Source: Eledone cirrhosa
Taxonomy: Eukaryota
DNA length: 64,000 nt
Assembly (NCBI GenBank): GCA_964016885.1
Contig: OZ024756.1
Location: 22,134,001 to 22,198,000 of the forward strand
Reading direction: 5' to 3'
Shown: positions 41,712 to 55,865 of the stretch, piece by piece
How positions within the stretch are numbered: the stretch's first letter is position 1
Layout of the letters: each line of letters opens with the position of its first letter
Translations under genes and position numbers: made by a program
Notes under the pieces: model-generated
The model's input: the letters and a program-made list of their open reading frames with translations, nothing else
What the model was told of the DNA's origin: nothing
The model's database searches: none

Positions 41712-42275
41712 GAATACTGTTAAACTTTAGAATCACCCTCATTATAAACAATATATACATCATTTTCAATGATTCCGTGAGTGTCGCTGGCGCTGGCAAG
41801 GGAAGAGAGGTTCTACAGTTTAAATCTAGTCTTCTCTTAACAGAGACATTTATTTAACCAGATCTTACTAATGAAAACTTCGCTGATCAGACATCATTTA
41901 ATCAGATTTGTTAATTTCTCATGGTTTATTAAACTCTGCAATGCTAATTACACATTTATTAATGTATGGTGTTCGAGCGAACACGATAACATCCTCATAG
42001 CGAACGAATGAATCCGTGGTAGAATTAAGCTTTGTTGTAATTTATACCTTTATAATTGATTGTTAAATATTCTTAATCTTTCTCGATGAAGGTGCAGACA
42101 AATTAGAAATATTTTAAAAATTGCTTCGCAATCTTGAGTCTCAGATCCAATACCACATATAGAATTGTTTACTACCATAACATCAGGTTAATCTGAATAA
42201 CAATCCGACGATCCATGCCAATGGAATTTGGTATGCGAAAACATTCTGGTATCCTGTCGAAAGTACTAAACCTAT

Positions 42276-42677
42276 AATTGTTTCTACATTTGGCACAAGG
42301 CCAGCAATTATCCAGTGCATTACTGGTACTTTATTTTATCGACCCCGTAAGGATGAAAGGCAAAGATAACCTCGGCGGGATTTGAACTCAGAATGGAAAG
42401 GGCCGTAACACTATGCGTCAAAGCATGGCGTCCGACCCTCTACCGATACTGCCAATCCACCACCCTAGGACTGAACCTATAAATGTAGATACGAGGCAAG
42501 CAATTCTGGTGGAAAGAAAAGTCGATTAAATATGTATGTTTTGTAGCTTAATGGCTATAAATTAATTGTTTCTGCATTTGCCATAAGGCCAAAAATAATG
42601 CAGTGTATTACTGGTACTTTATTTTATCGACACCGTAATGATGAAAAGCAAAGTCAACCTCGGCGGGATTTGAACTA
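42276..42677 (-). mobile_element. Two SINE copies with apparent TSDs
   Basis: 42276-42467 (act.aacctataa flanks) and 42563-42677 (taatgg.tataaattaat flanks). Confidence 0.82.
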
Positions 42678-45600
42678 ATGGTTATAAATTAATGTTTTGC
42701 CTTTGGATAGCGTTTGGTTCACGTCAGACGCTGTGACCCCAGATGAACCAGCAGTACCGTCCATATGGGCCGTAACTGCCTACGTTCATCTCAACGGCCG
42801 ATGACCATTGAGTTATGTCTTTCATTTCTATGATTATTTAAAAAAAATAATTAAACGTTTCCCATTAAAAAATTGTATTTCATTTTATTTTGTTTCCGTC
42901 TGTTGTCTTGTCCTTTCTTTCTTAATTTACTTATGTTTATATATATATATATATATACACAGTATCGGTGATCTGAAATAACGATGTATGTATAATATAT
43001 TTGATAATATACTGCATGTTTATACATACATCGCTATTTGCTGGACCGGCAACCGCTCTGTTTAATCAGCTCTTAAACATCCCTGGAATTCTATAACAAT
43101 CCAGCTTCTATAAATATCGGCAGAAACGAAGGGGTATGGAATCTTGATAATCGCTTAGGAGCGAGAAACAGCCGTCGGTTGCTTCCCTTTGCTTTTGCCG
43201 AGACCAAGTAAGTGACGTAACATTACTTTAAAACTCATAACGAATGGTCTTCAAAAATAATTTTAATAAACATACAGTATATTATCAAATAAGCTATAGG
43301 GACAGACAGACAGAGTCTGTGGTTCTGAGACCGAGGAGACTACTACTCATGTCTCTCACTTTCTCTTTGTATATGTGTATATGTATATATTTATATCTAT
43401 ATATACATGTGTGTGTGTGCGCGCGCGAGGGCGGTTTCATGTGACTGTGTCTGTTATTGATTTTGGTCTGCATCACCTTAACTATTATATCATAGCTGTA
43501 TATTAACCGAACGATATATTACCAATACAATAATTCCATGAAAAAAAACCCCCCAAAACAAACAAAAAAACAACATTTTATATCATTTTAAATCACCCAC
43601 GGAAACATTTGCATTAAAGCAGTTCTTTCTGACAATTGACACTCATGCAGACGACATATTACAAAAACGATATTAAAACAGAAATTCATATTCTAACGTT
43701 GGGTGTATCTTTTTTTTTTTCTCAAAGATACTGATATCATAGTTATGATGCTTTTATTCTTTTTCAATACTTAATTAGTAATAAACGATTTTTTTAGAAG
43801 ATAGTTTCATTGTATCAGACACCTTTTCCTTTTATAACCACAAGACTACAAATTCAGAGAATGATATTGTATTTTTGTAGAGAAATGGAAATTCAATATT
43901 AATTTCCTAAAACACCTGAGGACAGATCTTCATCCGACCATTCATTGTTACAATGACATAACTTCACAAGTGATTTTATTGTATACAATCTTCTATGAAA
44001 GTAATAAGAGTTATCGAAAATTGCTTCATTATTTCGAGGACGCCGCATGCCTCGTAAGACAATAGATCTAAACACAGAACATTCATCTCCAAAGCGAAGA
44101 TTTGGACACATACTTTTTTCTTTATGGAAGACCAACATTTACCCATGGAGCAAATTTTTCTCCTGCCCCATGTCCTTTAAACTGTGTAAACAAATAAAGC
44201 ATATACTAACGTAGCTTGACACCTGTTTCGTTGGAGCTGTTGACAACGACAATAAACGTCACATAACAAATACTACAAGTCATTTCATCCGACACCCTAA
44301 CAAATTCCTCCAGTCTTTGTTCACCAGACTGGATATTTATTTTTTATTTTTACGGAAAGGATAACAATCAAAGAAGACGCCGGCGGGAATTAAATTCAGA
44401 GAACAGATAGTCGGAAAATGTTACCATAAGTCATTCACTCAAACGGTCTAGAGATTCTTCCAGTTCACCGTGATAAATTATAAAGACTAGCAGAAAAACC
44501 ACCCTTAGGGTGGTTTTCTGCTAGCAGGTGTAGTGTGGATATTGATATTATACGTATGTATATATGCATGTAGATATGATACATCACATAAAATCGTAAT
44601 TGACAATATACACAGAAATTGAACGAAGACTGCGTTACACTGTCTCATGTACTGAGGAACGTAATCCATGATACATTAAAAAAATACGATATTATATATA
44701 AACTGCATTAGGAGAAAATTAGTGACATAAATATATGAAAGTTTATTTAAGCGATCGCTAACTGGAAGTGTTGACATTTGAAAATTTTAAAGAAGTGAAT
44801 CTTTGAATAAGCAATAAAATATATTTAATCAACAGCCACGAAATTTAGTAAGATAATCCAACTTATTTTACTAACGGGATAAAAAAATATATTCCGGACG
44901 CAGTCCCGCACTCCTTTCTTTATTATAGTTAATATTGCAAGTCAATCACCTTTTATTGTTGCTATTGCTGTTCATGTTGTTGATTTACCTTTATCAATCC
45001 CTCTCTAATAGATATATTGAATGTATGTAGGCCCTGTGTAACGAGATAAAGTCCTGAAACCCATTATTACTGTCATTTGTATTAATATGTATCGCGAGAT
45101 AACACGAACACGTCATATATTCCTCGTCCTAAATTCTATTACCATATGTATGTTGATGTTGCACTTGTTGCTATTTAGCTGCAGGTCAACAGAGATCTGC
45201 CAGATCTAAGATAAAAGATACTATATTCATGATTTTAGCCTCGTTTTAGACGCAGTTCATCCTGAACAACATCATACAAATTATTCGAAAAAGACGTGGG
45301 TCGTTAGTATTTGTCTTACCACGCCCCACAACATACGAGAACATATTTCGCTAAAGAGGTTTGATAAGAGAGTAAAACACATTCCGTCCACCATTTGGCT
45401 TCAAAGACAAGATCGACTCTCGTTTTTTTTGTGGCTGATATTGAAGATAACTTCATGTTGTAATTAGAATTTAAGCAGATATAATAAGTAATTTTGTATA
45501 TCAACTTTGGGTTTAACCTCACGTAATGGAAGTTTTACAATACTCTGTAATATGTATCTATTGATGAGATAAAATCAAATGATACAGTCTTTAGTTATTT

Positions 45601-45805
45601 TTGTGTGCTTAAGATGTGCTGTGAAAACATTACTAGAATGTGTATGTAAGTATACCTGTACATAATACATTGTTTTAAAGAATAGAATAAATACTATTCA
45701 GACCCATCACCAAAAGTAAGAAACATATGTGTGTGGCTTATATATACATATATACATACATACAAGTCACAAACACAGCTTTCTTTAAAAAAACGTGTTG
45801 TGTAC

Positions 45806-46384
45806 TGGATTGGCAGTATCGGTAGAGGGTCGGACGCCATTTGACGCATAGAGTTACGGCCCTTGCCTTTCTGAGTTCAAATCCCGCCGAGGTTAACTTT
45901 GCCTTTCATCCTTACAGGGTCGATAAAATCAAGTACCACTAATTCACTGGGTAATTGCTAGCCTTGTACCAAAAAGTAGAAACAATTATATATATATATA
46001 TAATAAAGAGGGGTGGTAAAACACCAGGTGGACCACGGGCGGCTGAGCGGGCTAGAAGCTGTGAAATGTTCGGCCGCCCTCTTGTCTCTGCTTTTCAGCC
46101 CCATTGATTTTCTCTATTATATTCCTTTGTTAAATTTCGAATACCTGATGATGTCACCGGATTCATACTGAACCCGGTTATTGAAATGATCATAGTATAA
46201 TAAACCTTTTAAGGAATTACACCATCGAGCCTCCTGTTATTTTATTATAGTTACGTCCCTTTACGATCTGAGTTCAAATCCCGCCGAGGTTGACTTTGCC
46301 TTTCATCCTTACGGGGTCGATAAAATAAAGTACCAGTAATGCACTGGGTTATTGCTGGCCTTGTGCCTAAAGTAGAAACAATTA
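45806..46384 (+). mobile_element. Two SINE copies flanking an HHR-bearing insert
   Basis: 45806-45989 and 46248-46384. Confidence 0.82.
46141..46198 (+). ncRNA. Type I hammerhead ribozyme
   Basis: atac-CTGATGA-tgtcaccgg..ccggttatt-GAAA-tgatca-TA-gtat; palindromic stem III. Confidence 0.72.
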
Positions 46385-46407
46385 TATATATATATATATA
46401 TATATAT

Positions 46408-46651
46408 AATCAACTAGAAATTGATTGACATATATACTGTATAGATATATCTAAAATAAACATATGAAACAATCACAGGGAATAATTTATATTCCCTGTG
46501 ATTGTTTCATATGTTTATTTTAGATATATCTATGTCATTCAATTTCTAGTCGATATAAAATGCTCGGATCTATTCATTGGAATTTTGGGGCATATTCTAC
46601 AGTGGATATGGCGCATGTCTCTCCGACATGACACCCTTAATTTAATTTTGG
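46408..46651. repeat. Fold-back insert between (TA)n tracts, no HHR seen
   Basis: atagatatatctaaaataaacatatgaaacaatcacagggaata inverted against tattccctgtgattgtttcatatgtttattttagatatatctat; centre ~46487. Confidence 0.78.
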
Positions 46652-46901
46652 ATATATATATATATATATGCTGTGAAGAGAGAGAGAGAAAGAGAAAGAA
46701 AGAGAGAAAGAAAGAGCGAGAGAGAAAGAGAAAGAAAGAGAGAAAGAAAGAGAGAAAGAAAAAGAGAAAGAAAGAGAGAAAGAAAGAGAGAAAGAAAGAA
46801 AGAAAGAGAGAAAGAGATAGAGTGAGATAGAGAGAGAGGGGAGTAGAGAGAGAGAGAGGTGTAGAGAGAGAGAGAGAGGAGTAGAGAGAGAGAGAGCGAG
46901 G

Positions 46902-46935
<34 letters not shown>

Positions 46936-46957
46936 TAGAGAGAGAGAGAGAGAGAGG

Positions 46958-47003
<46 letters not shown>

Positions 47004-48267
47004 TAGAGAGAGAGGGGGAAGGGTAGAGTGGCAGAGAGAGAAAGGGTAGAGGGTGGGAGGGATGTAAATGGGGTTGAAAGAAACATTGGTCATAGAAAAG
47101 ATTATATTTGACAAAAAATATATTTTTCATGACATTACAATGTTGGCACTGTTATGGGTGTTGTAATAGTAGAGTCATTAGACCATCATTGCAAGTACGG
47201 ATCGCTTACGTAAGTTAGATTATATATATCCTTCGATTTAGAATATATTGACACTAGATTGAAGGCATGTTTATCGATGCGACGTTTGTATTGTGTTTTA
47301 AACATAGATGATTAATAGGATGTTGTCTAGAAATATATACAGCAAAGTGATTTTAAAAAAATATTTTATATTTTTACTAACTCTTCCAACCATCACATTA
47401 ATTAATTACGAACACACAATCTATAGTTATTTATTGATAAGGGATAGCCGATTCCCATTAATTTTAATGATTTACATTGCATGCACTAATTAAATATTTA
47501 AATGTTTATCTTCTAATTATTGAGCAAGTGGTTAGTAATTATTTATTTTATAAAAACGTTGGTAATAATGTGGCATTTTAAGCTCTTGATTATTTCTCTC
47601 ACCTCACAAACATGCTGCCTTTTACAAATCCATGCAACCACCATTTTGTATTTTTTTAACTACTTATTGTGATACGTAGTTTGTTGGTTGTATAATTTGT
47701 TACATTATAAAAATTGTCCAACCACGACAAATTTGCAAGCAACTACTTATTCACACCAATGTAAAGTTTATTATAACATAGCAAGTATTAGCTCTAAATA
47801 TATATCAGCGCATGTGTTTTTTCTTTGCTTCTTCATTCGTTCAGTTCGTTGCTTTAGTAACTCAGAATCCATTAGATAGGGAAAAGATAAATTCAAACCA
47901 AAACAGGACTGAGTATCTATAATGGATTTCCGTACCAAGGAAACACTCCACATAAGATTCAATATATTTTGTTTCTTAGCAAGCAAACGGAAACCAAATT
48001 CTCATTCAAAGGTAACTTCCGGTGACAGTTGAACTGTCGAACGACAAGAAGAAATATGTATTTTCCCTGCTTCTTTTTGTTTTTTATTTGTTTCATTTTT
48101 AATATCATATAACAACACAACTACACACATGCATATAAACACTTACACACACACGCATTCTATTTCTCAGGTTCTCTCGGCTATGCAGGTGCAGTTTCTA
48201 TCCATATATATCTACATAGATGCATATATCTACATATATCCATACACAAACACACACACACACACAC

Positions 48268-48324
<57 letters not shown>

Positions 48325-48513
48325 CACACATATATACATATATATATACATATATATATACATATATATATACATATATATATATACATATATATATATA
48401 CACACATATATATATACATATATATACACACATATATACACATATATATATACATATATAGACATATATATATACACATATAATTACACATATATACACA
48501 TATATATACACAT

Positions 48514-48567
<54 letters not shown>

Positions 48568-48616
48568 AAACGAGGAAGTTTCGTTTACATATGAAAAATA
48601 TTTATTGCGGATCGAC

Positions 48617-48704
48617 CTGTTACGCGCGTTTCGCAGAGGATTGACTCAAGGTTACCTATAGGAGTTAAGAACCCGACTCCAGTATCGATCTGCTCCTCCG
48701 ACTG
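48617..48704 (-). ncRNA. Degenerate hammerhead (U4G)
   Basis: cagt-CGGAGGA-gcaga..tctgc-GAAA-cgcgcg-TA-acag, in a ~160-bp insert between (TA)n tracts. Confidence 0.6.
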
Positions 48705-48717
48705 ATGATGAGACAAA

Positions 48718-48803
<86 letters not shown>

Positions 48804-48958
48804 ACGTATGTGTGTGTGCACATTTAAATTGAAAATGCACACATACACTGTATCTAATATATAGTTTATAGCAATAATACTAATAGACAAATATACTCTA
48901 AACACTACAAAGTAGAACAACATTAAATGTTAAATCTCATATACAGTTTCTAATGAAA

Positions 48959-49060
48959 TAATTGTTTCTACTGTTGGCACAAGGCCATCAATTACCCAGT
49001 ACATTACTGGTACTTTATTTTATCGACCTCGTAAGGATGAACGGCAAAGTTAACCTCGGC
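48959..49060 (-). mobile_element. 5'-truncated SINE with 19-bp TSD
   Basis: cagtttctaatgaaataat at 48944-48962 and 49060-49078. Confidence 0.85.
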
Positions 49061-49389
49061 AGTTTCTAATGAAATAATATTAACATTAATCAAATTAATT
49101 ACCGTATATATTGAACAGTAAACTGTGTTTCTCTATTCATACAGTTTTACTGTAAATAAATTTCATTTAAGCTTTTAGTTTATTGTAGATCTTTATAATA
49201 GTTACGTGACTTGGTACGTGGGTTGTTAGTTGAGTACTCTTTCACACATTTAAGCACGATTTCTATTTGTTAATTAATAATTTCTCATTTCTAATTGTCT
49301 GGTGTTCAGTTCGGTAATAACCCTCGTTACAAATTGATAAATTGGAAAATTTCTCCCGGCTAACTTTTCTAAATATTCACTGCATGCAA

Positions 49390-49935
49390 TCTTTCTTTTA
49401 GTTAAATATCTCATTTGTATCTCTCCCTCTCTCTCTCTCCATAAAGATACCCATATATATATACTATGTAGATTCCCTCTCTCTTTTAGTTAAATATCTC
49501 ATTTGTATCTCTCTCTCTCTCTCTCTATAAAGATACCCATATATATATACTATGTAGATTCCCTGTCTCTTTTAGTTAAATATCTCATTTGTATCTCTCT
49601 CTCTCTCTCCATAAAGATACCCATATATATATACTATGTAGATTCCCTCTCTCTTTTAGTTAAATATCTCATCTGTATCTCTCTATCTCCATAAATATAC
49701 CCATATATATATATACTATGTAGATTCCCTCTCTCTTTTAGTTAAATATCTCATTTGTATCTCTCTCTCTATCTCTCCATAAAGATACCCATATATATAT
49801 ATACTATGTAGATTCTCTCTCTCTTTTAGTTAAATATCTCATTTGTATATCTCTCTCTCTCTATCTCCATAAAGATACCCATATATATATACTATGTAGA
49901 TTCCCTCTCTCTTTTAGTTAAATATCTCATTTGTA

Positions 49936-49990
<55 letters not shown>

Positions 49991-50024
49991 ACATACATAC
50001 CCATATATATACTATGTAGATTCC
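49390..50024. repeat. ~85-bp minisatellite, about 7 units with variable internal (ct)n/(at)n
   Basis: cttttagttaaatatctcatttgtat(ct)nccataaagataccc(at)nactatgtagattcc repeated. Confidence 0.92.
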
Positions 50025-50530
50025 GCAGTTATGTCGAGTTCTAACCACAGTTAAAATAGGAACTCAATCATAGGTAGAGTAAAGGCATCTTTATTACATC
50101 TAGAAAAATGACTTCTACAGGGATAGAACTGTATCATTCGTATGAAATCATATACCCTATATACACACCTCCAATATAATTGCGCCCTATTTCGGTTAAG
50201 GCTTCACATAAGTGTGATTGTTATCAAGAAACGATGCACATATACCAAATAGAAATCTCCATGTTAAATCTGTTCAAATCCTCGAAAAAGAACTAATTTC
50301 ATCAACATATCCCTCCGCTACCTCAAATGAAAAAAAAAATATCACCGAGAGTTTCATCGAGATACGATGTTAAAATTCACCGCTATATTACTCCTAAGAC
50401 CCCATCTACACTGTAAAAACTGATACCACTAAGTCAGGCCAAAAGTCTCCCTATAGAGAAACAGTAGAAACAAAGCAACAATTGTCAAAAGAAACATTAT
50501 AGCAGAAACGTCCAAGTAATGTCATTATTT

Positions 50531-50850
50531 TGCCGAGGTTAACTTTGCCTTTCATCCTTAAGGGGTCGATAAAATAAAGTACCAGTAATGTACTGGTTAA
50601 TTGCTGGCCTTGTGCCTAAAATAGAAACAATTATTTTTTATTTATAAATTTTTTATTTAGGGCGATGGATTGGCAGTATCGGTAGAGGGTCGGACGCCAT
50701 GCTTTCCAGCTTGGTTACGTCCCTTTACGATCTGAGTTCAAATCCCGCCGAGTTTGACTTTGCCTTTCATCCTTACGGGGTCGATAAAATAAAGTACCAG
50801 TAATGCACTGGGTAATTTGCTGGCCTTGTGCCTAAAGTAGAAACAATTAT
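50531..50850 (+). mobile_element. Two SINE copies
   Basis: Consensus match. Confidence 0.85.
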
Positions 50851-50941
50851 TTTTTATTTAGAAAAATAAAATATTTGCTTTATGTATTGTGAGCTTATTC
50901 GAGAGGTGTTTGATAATTACATGCATACTAACAGAAACACG

Positions 50942-50973
<32 letters not shown>

Positions 50974-51113
50974 TGTATGTATGTATGTATGTATGTATGT
51001 ATGTATGTATGTATGTATGTATGTATGTATGTATGTATGTATGTATGTATGTATGTATGTATGTATGTATGTATGTATGTATGTATGTATGTATGTATGT
51101 ATGTATGTATGTA

Positions 51114-51680
51114 TGTCAGGTCACCAGTGTATCCCAGTACAACCTGTCCCATGGTCGGGTCGTTTCTTGGTGAGGAGGGTGACTTTGGACATCCTGCAGG
51201 ACTAAAAACAAAACCTGTCAAAAGGGCAAAGGAGCTCTTAAGAGTCAATGGCCATCCAAAATCACCGGGAGAGATGACCCCCTTAGCCTTTGTCAAGGCA
51301 GAATTCTAGGAGAAGGAAAACTCTGATATAACACCTGCAACCCTGATGGTATCCAATGATGTTGACTTGTTCTTCTTTTTGGTAAATATCATCTTGGTTA
51401 AGAGAGTGGGACTGGCTTTGTGCAGTGCCTTTGCTCACTATAAAAGCTTCACGGCGCAGGCATTGCTTTATATCTGGAGATCTCTCTGCACTTGTCGTCA
51501 CATGGTACCATGGGCCCAGCACTATGTGTCAATAATTGTCACAGGTGTAGTGTTTGTACCAGAGTTTTCAAGTCGCTGGCTGGACTAATAAGTCACACTC
51601 GTTCAGCGCATCGGTAGGGGTTCTCCTACATGGATATAAAGTAGTGGCCGTACTCGAAAACGAGTTGGCAGCCACCATGT
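51114..51680 (+). mobile_element. RTE-derived non-autonomous element, copy 3 (two deletions in the 5' region)
   Basis: As copy 1; preceded by a long (tatg)n tract. Confidence 0.82.
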
Positions 51681-51681
51681 A

Positions 51682-51782
51682 TACAAGGTAAAATTCCGTT
51701 ATAACTAATACCATTATAACGACATTTTCATTATAATTACATGTTTTTTATACCCCATGAATTTAGTAATAACAGAATTTCA

Positions 51783-51787
<5 letters not shown>
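51682..51787. mobile_element. Probable Tc1/mariner-pogo MITE
   Basis: Imperfect TIRs ta-caaggtaaaattccgttataac / gtaataacagaatttcactg-ta with TA ends. Confidence 0.45.
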
Positions 51788-51829
<42 letters not shown>

Positions 51830-51855
51830 AATATATATGCATATATGTACTTACT

Positions 51856-51887
<32 letters not shown>

Positions 51888-51894
51888 CATATGG

Positions 51895-51942
<48 letters not shown>

Positions 51943-52800
51943 TGCGCACGCACACATACAGAGAGACATGTATATATATGTGGGTGTGTGGAGAGAGAGA
52001 TAAAGAGAGAGAGGGGGGGGGGTATGGAGAGAGAGAGATTGGAAAAGCCTCTCTGTTGAGATGACGAGGTGTGTGATAATGAAATCTGGAATGATGACGT
52101 GACACCAATAACAAGGATGACGACAATGATTATGATGACGATGATGATGATGACGATGATGACGATGGCGATGATAATGATGATGATGATGATGATAATG
52201 ATAATGATGATATCGATCAAAATAATACAATGATTATAATGCCCAGCAACGGACAATTTATCAATAATACATAGGTGAGGACACACAGTTCATTAGTGAG
52301 TGGACTAGATAATATCTATATTGGGTTGATTCGTGTTAATAGACTGCAGCCAAGGTGGGGCTTACACGAATGTTACAGACCTACTTACAACTCCTATCAA
52401 GTAGATCAATCACATATATATTACTTCAGTGAATCATTCATGAGTGGCAAATGCTTGGGTTCTGGAACTGGTAGTGACTTTCTTGATTTATGGATGCGTC
52501 AGACGAGTATTTTATTTTGAATGTCAATTAAATTATAACCTTTTGAGAAAGAATTAAAAGCCGCAGTATATAAACAACTTTATCCACTCGATTTACTTTC
52601 TATTGAAACCGTTTAATATATGACTGCCATAGTTGATTCTAGGATGTTAGTAATTTATGGGATATATATATATATATATAATTGGAAATTTAGTAAAATC
52701 GAATCTCTGGCGGTTTGCAAGCAAATTCGGCCTACTTACATGAAATGATAAGTTAGGAAAGCACTCGATAAGGTAGGTCCTTAGAGTGATAACATACGTT

Positions 52801-52874
<74 letters not shown>

Positions 52875-52965
52875 CATATATATTTTCATACATATGTATA
52901 TATATGTGTGTACACATTTATACACTACACACACATACATATATATATATGTATGTGCACACATT

Positions 52966-53018
<53 letters not shown>

Positions 53019-53106
53019 ATATATATATGCATACATTTAAACACTACACAAACACACATACACACACACATACATACACACACATTATATATATGAGAGA
53101 GAGAGT

Positions 53107-53185
<79 letters not shown>

Positions 53186-53276
53186 ATGGCTTCTATAGAA
53201 CTAGAAGTCCATATATATAAATATATATAAATATACATATATATAAATATACATATATATAAATATATATATATCA

Positions 53277-53559
53277 AGTAAGGATATTTTCGAAACAGCG
53301 AGTTTGGTTTGAAATTATTAGAAATGAAAGCTATCGCCGTATTTTGACTAAAGAAATTAAAGTAATTATTTAGCCTGATAGTGGGGTTAAGAACCCTCGG
53401 AGAAATAGAAAAAGATGAGTATTGACATACATGTACTCCCATGTACGTCAATACTCATCTTTTTCCATTTCTACGAGGGTTCTTAACCCCACTATCAGGC
53501 TAAATAATTTCTTTAATTTCTTTAGTCAAAATACGGCGATAGCTTACATTTTTAATAAT
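53277..53559. repeat. Fold-back insert (~115-bp arms) between (TA)n tracts, no HHR seen
   Basis: Arms ~53318-53432 and 53440-53559. Confidence 0.8.
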
Positions 53560-54016
53560 ATATATATATATATTTATATATATGAATTATATTTTTGAAA
53601 AATCGAAATACATGGTAAGAACGAACAATACCACCTCTGTAGATTAAATACCAATGCAATATTTACGAAAATATCGATATGACCATTTATATAGCAATAC
53701 CTCACATAGGCTCATAGGCATGTATTATACACATAAAATAAGAAGATGTATACCGTGTACTGCTGAGGCATGAATAACTTATACGGAAAGGATGACTGAG
53801 AACGGGAAAAAAACTTCCAATTCAATATGTGAATATCCGTTTATATCGCACAACAGACAACAACAACGAATGATGCTTTATAGAGACTTATGAATTATGA
53901 AACATCCGCTGACACTACCTTCCCGTATTTTCTACATCTTTCCCAATTTACATGAACTAAGATTTTTATGGAGAATTTATATATGCACACTATTGAGATA
54001 ATTAAAAGTTCATACG

Positions 54017-54040
<24 letters not shown>

Positions 54041-54047
<7 letters not shown>

Positions 54048-54572
54048 ATACTTTGGGAGGATCATGTTGTCAATAAGAAACACACGCACCAGTTGCTTTC
54101 ACTTCAATTTATTATAAATTAAATTTATAAATTTAGGAATTTATAAATTTCCGGTTGGTTGGTTGGTTGGTTCCACAACCAGACGATTGTTCATATATTG
54201 TCAAAGTTCTTTCGTCACACATTCTGTGACCTCTTCAGTGACGGGATTATTTCCTTTGTTTTTGTGCCTCTCCTTCGTTCTGTCCTACACCATCTTGTTT
54301 TTGTGACACACACAAAAACAAGATGGTGTAGCACAGAACAAAGGACAGGCACAAAAACAAAGGAAAGAATCCCCAGTCACTGAAGAGATCACAGAATGTG
54401 TGACGAAAGAACTTTGACAATATATGAACAATCATCTGGTTGTGGAACCAACCAACCAACGGTAAATTTATAAATTCCTAAATTTATAAATTTAATTTAT
54501 AATAAATTGAAATGAAACAACAGGTGCGTGTGTTTCTTATTGGCAACATGACACTGCCAAAGCATAACAATA
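54041..54572. mobile_element. Fold-back family C element (~260-bp arms), HHR in both arms
   Basis: Inverted arms centred ~54307; HHR - 54200-54242 and + 54376-54418; same family as 37277-37553. Confidence 0.85.
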
Positions 54573-54791
54573 TCGCTTTCAACACACGTTTTCAGATAAA
54601 GAATCTTGCTAAACAAATTCAGAAACGAATATATATATATATATATATATTATACATTAACATATCGTATATGCATGCCTTCATATACACGTCTACACAC
54701 ACAAACACGCACACGCATGTAAGTGTTGGTATGCATGTATGCACATATATTTGTACACACATATATATATATATTACGTATATATATACAA

Positions 54792-54885
<94 letters not shown>

Positions 54886-55544
54886 CGTATCTGTTATTCA
54901 CGTATTTATATACATACAGAGAGAGAGAGAGAGAGAGAGAGGGGGAGAGAGATAGATAGATAGATACATACACACAAAGATATCTATATACATATGTGGA
55001 AAAAAGAACTCGCATAAAATCACGTAGATGTCGCGATTAGCAGAATGTTGTTTTATTGGCAGAAAAACATTGAATGATGTTGCGAATATATATACAAAGA
55101 CAGCACTTGATCGACTGTCAGAATAAAATCTGTAATTCTCTTTTAGTTACACGTAATTCTGACAGCAAACACTGACATAACATATATACATATATACATA
55201 TGTATGTGAGCACTCAGACACGCTCATACAAAACATATATACACTGCAATTGCGAAATATATATATATGTGTGTGTTGGTGTGTGTGTGTGGATACATAT
55301 ATATATATATGTGTGTGTGTGTGTATATATATATATATCTGTGTGCGTGTGTGTATGTGTGTGTGTGTGTATGTGTGGTTGTGTAGGAGGCTCTGCAGAT
55401 TCTTTGTCAGCTTAACCTATTTCCCAATACATGAATATATTTTTGTCACTACAGCTTCAACAAATAGTTCCATTTATTACGTAAAATGCCAATATGCTGC
55501 AATTTTATGCTATTTTAAAAGAGTGTTCAGATCATTAACTTAAA

Positions 55545-55865
55545 TCTGACAACGTCATAATGTACAGTTTTCAGAGTTGTCAACTTTTATCTAAATTTAA
55601 AGATGTTATTTATATAGGAATTCCAAGCCTAAATGTTAAATCTACAGTTTTTAAAGCTTCTTGTCATATCCCGGAAGTTAAAGAAGATATCTGCAAAAAA
55701 TTCAAAGCCTCAACGTTAAATGTACAGTTTTCATAGCTGTCATCATTTCTCGTAATTTGAATAAGTTCTCTGTATAAGAAATCCCAGACTCATATTTAAA
55801 TATATATATTTTTTTAGAGCTGTTATTATTGCTCGGCACCTAAAGTAGAAGTCTGTAAAGTAAGT
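55545..55865. repeat. Degenerate 80-bp tandem repeat (~4 units)
   Basis: tacagtttt at 55563, 55643 and 55723; aagcct..gttaaat recurs in the same phase. Confidence 0.6.

Noticed and set aside
43899-44185. Possible piggyBac transposase relic (FDN.. and RMKICP-like pieces on the minus strand)
   Set aside because: Motifs too short and in different frames to call without a profile search.
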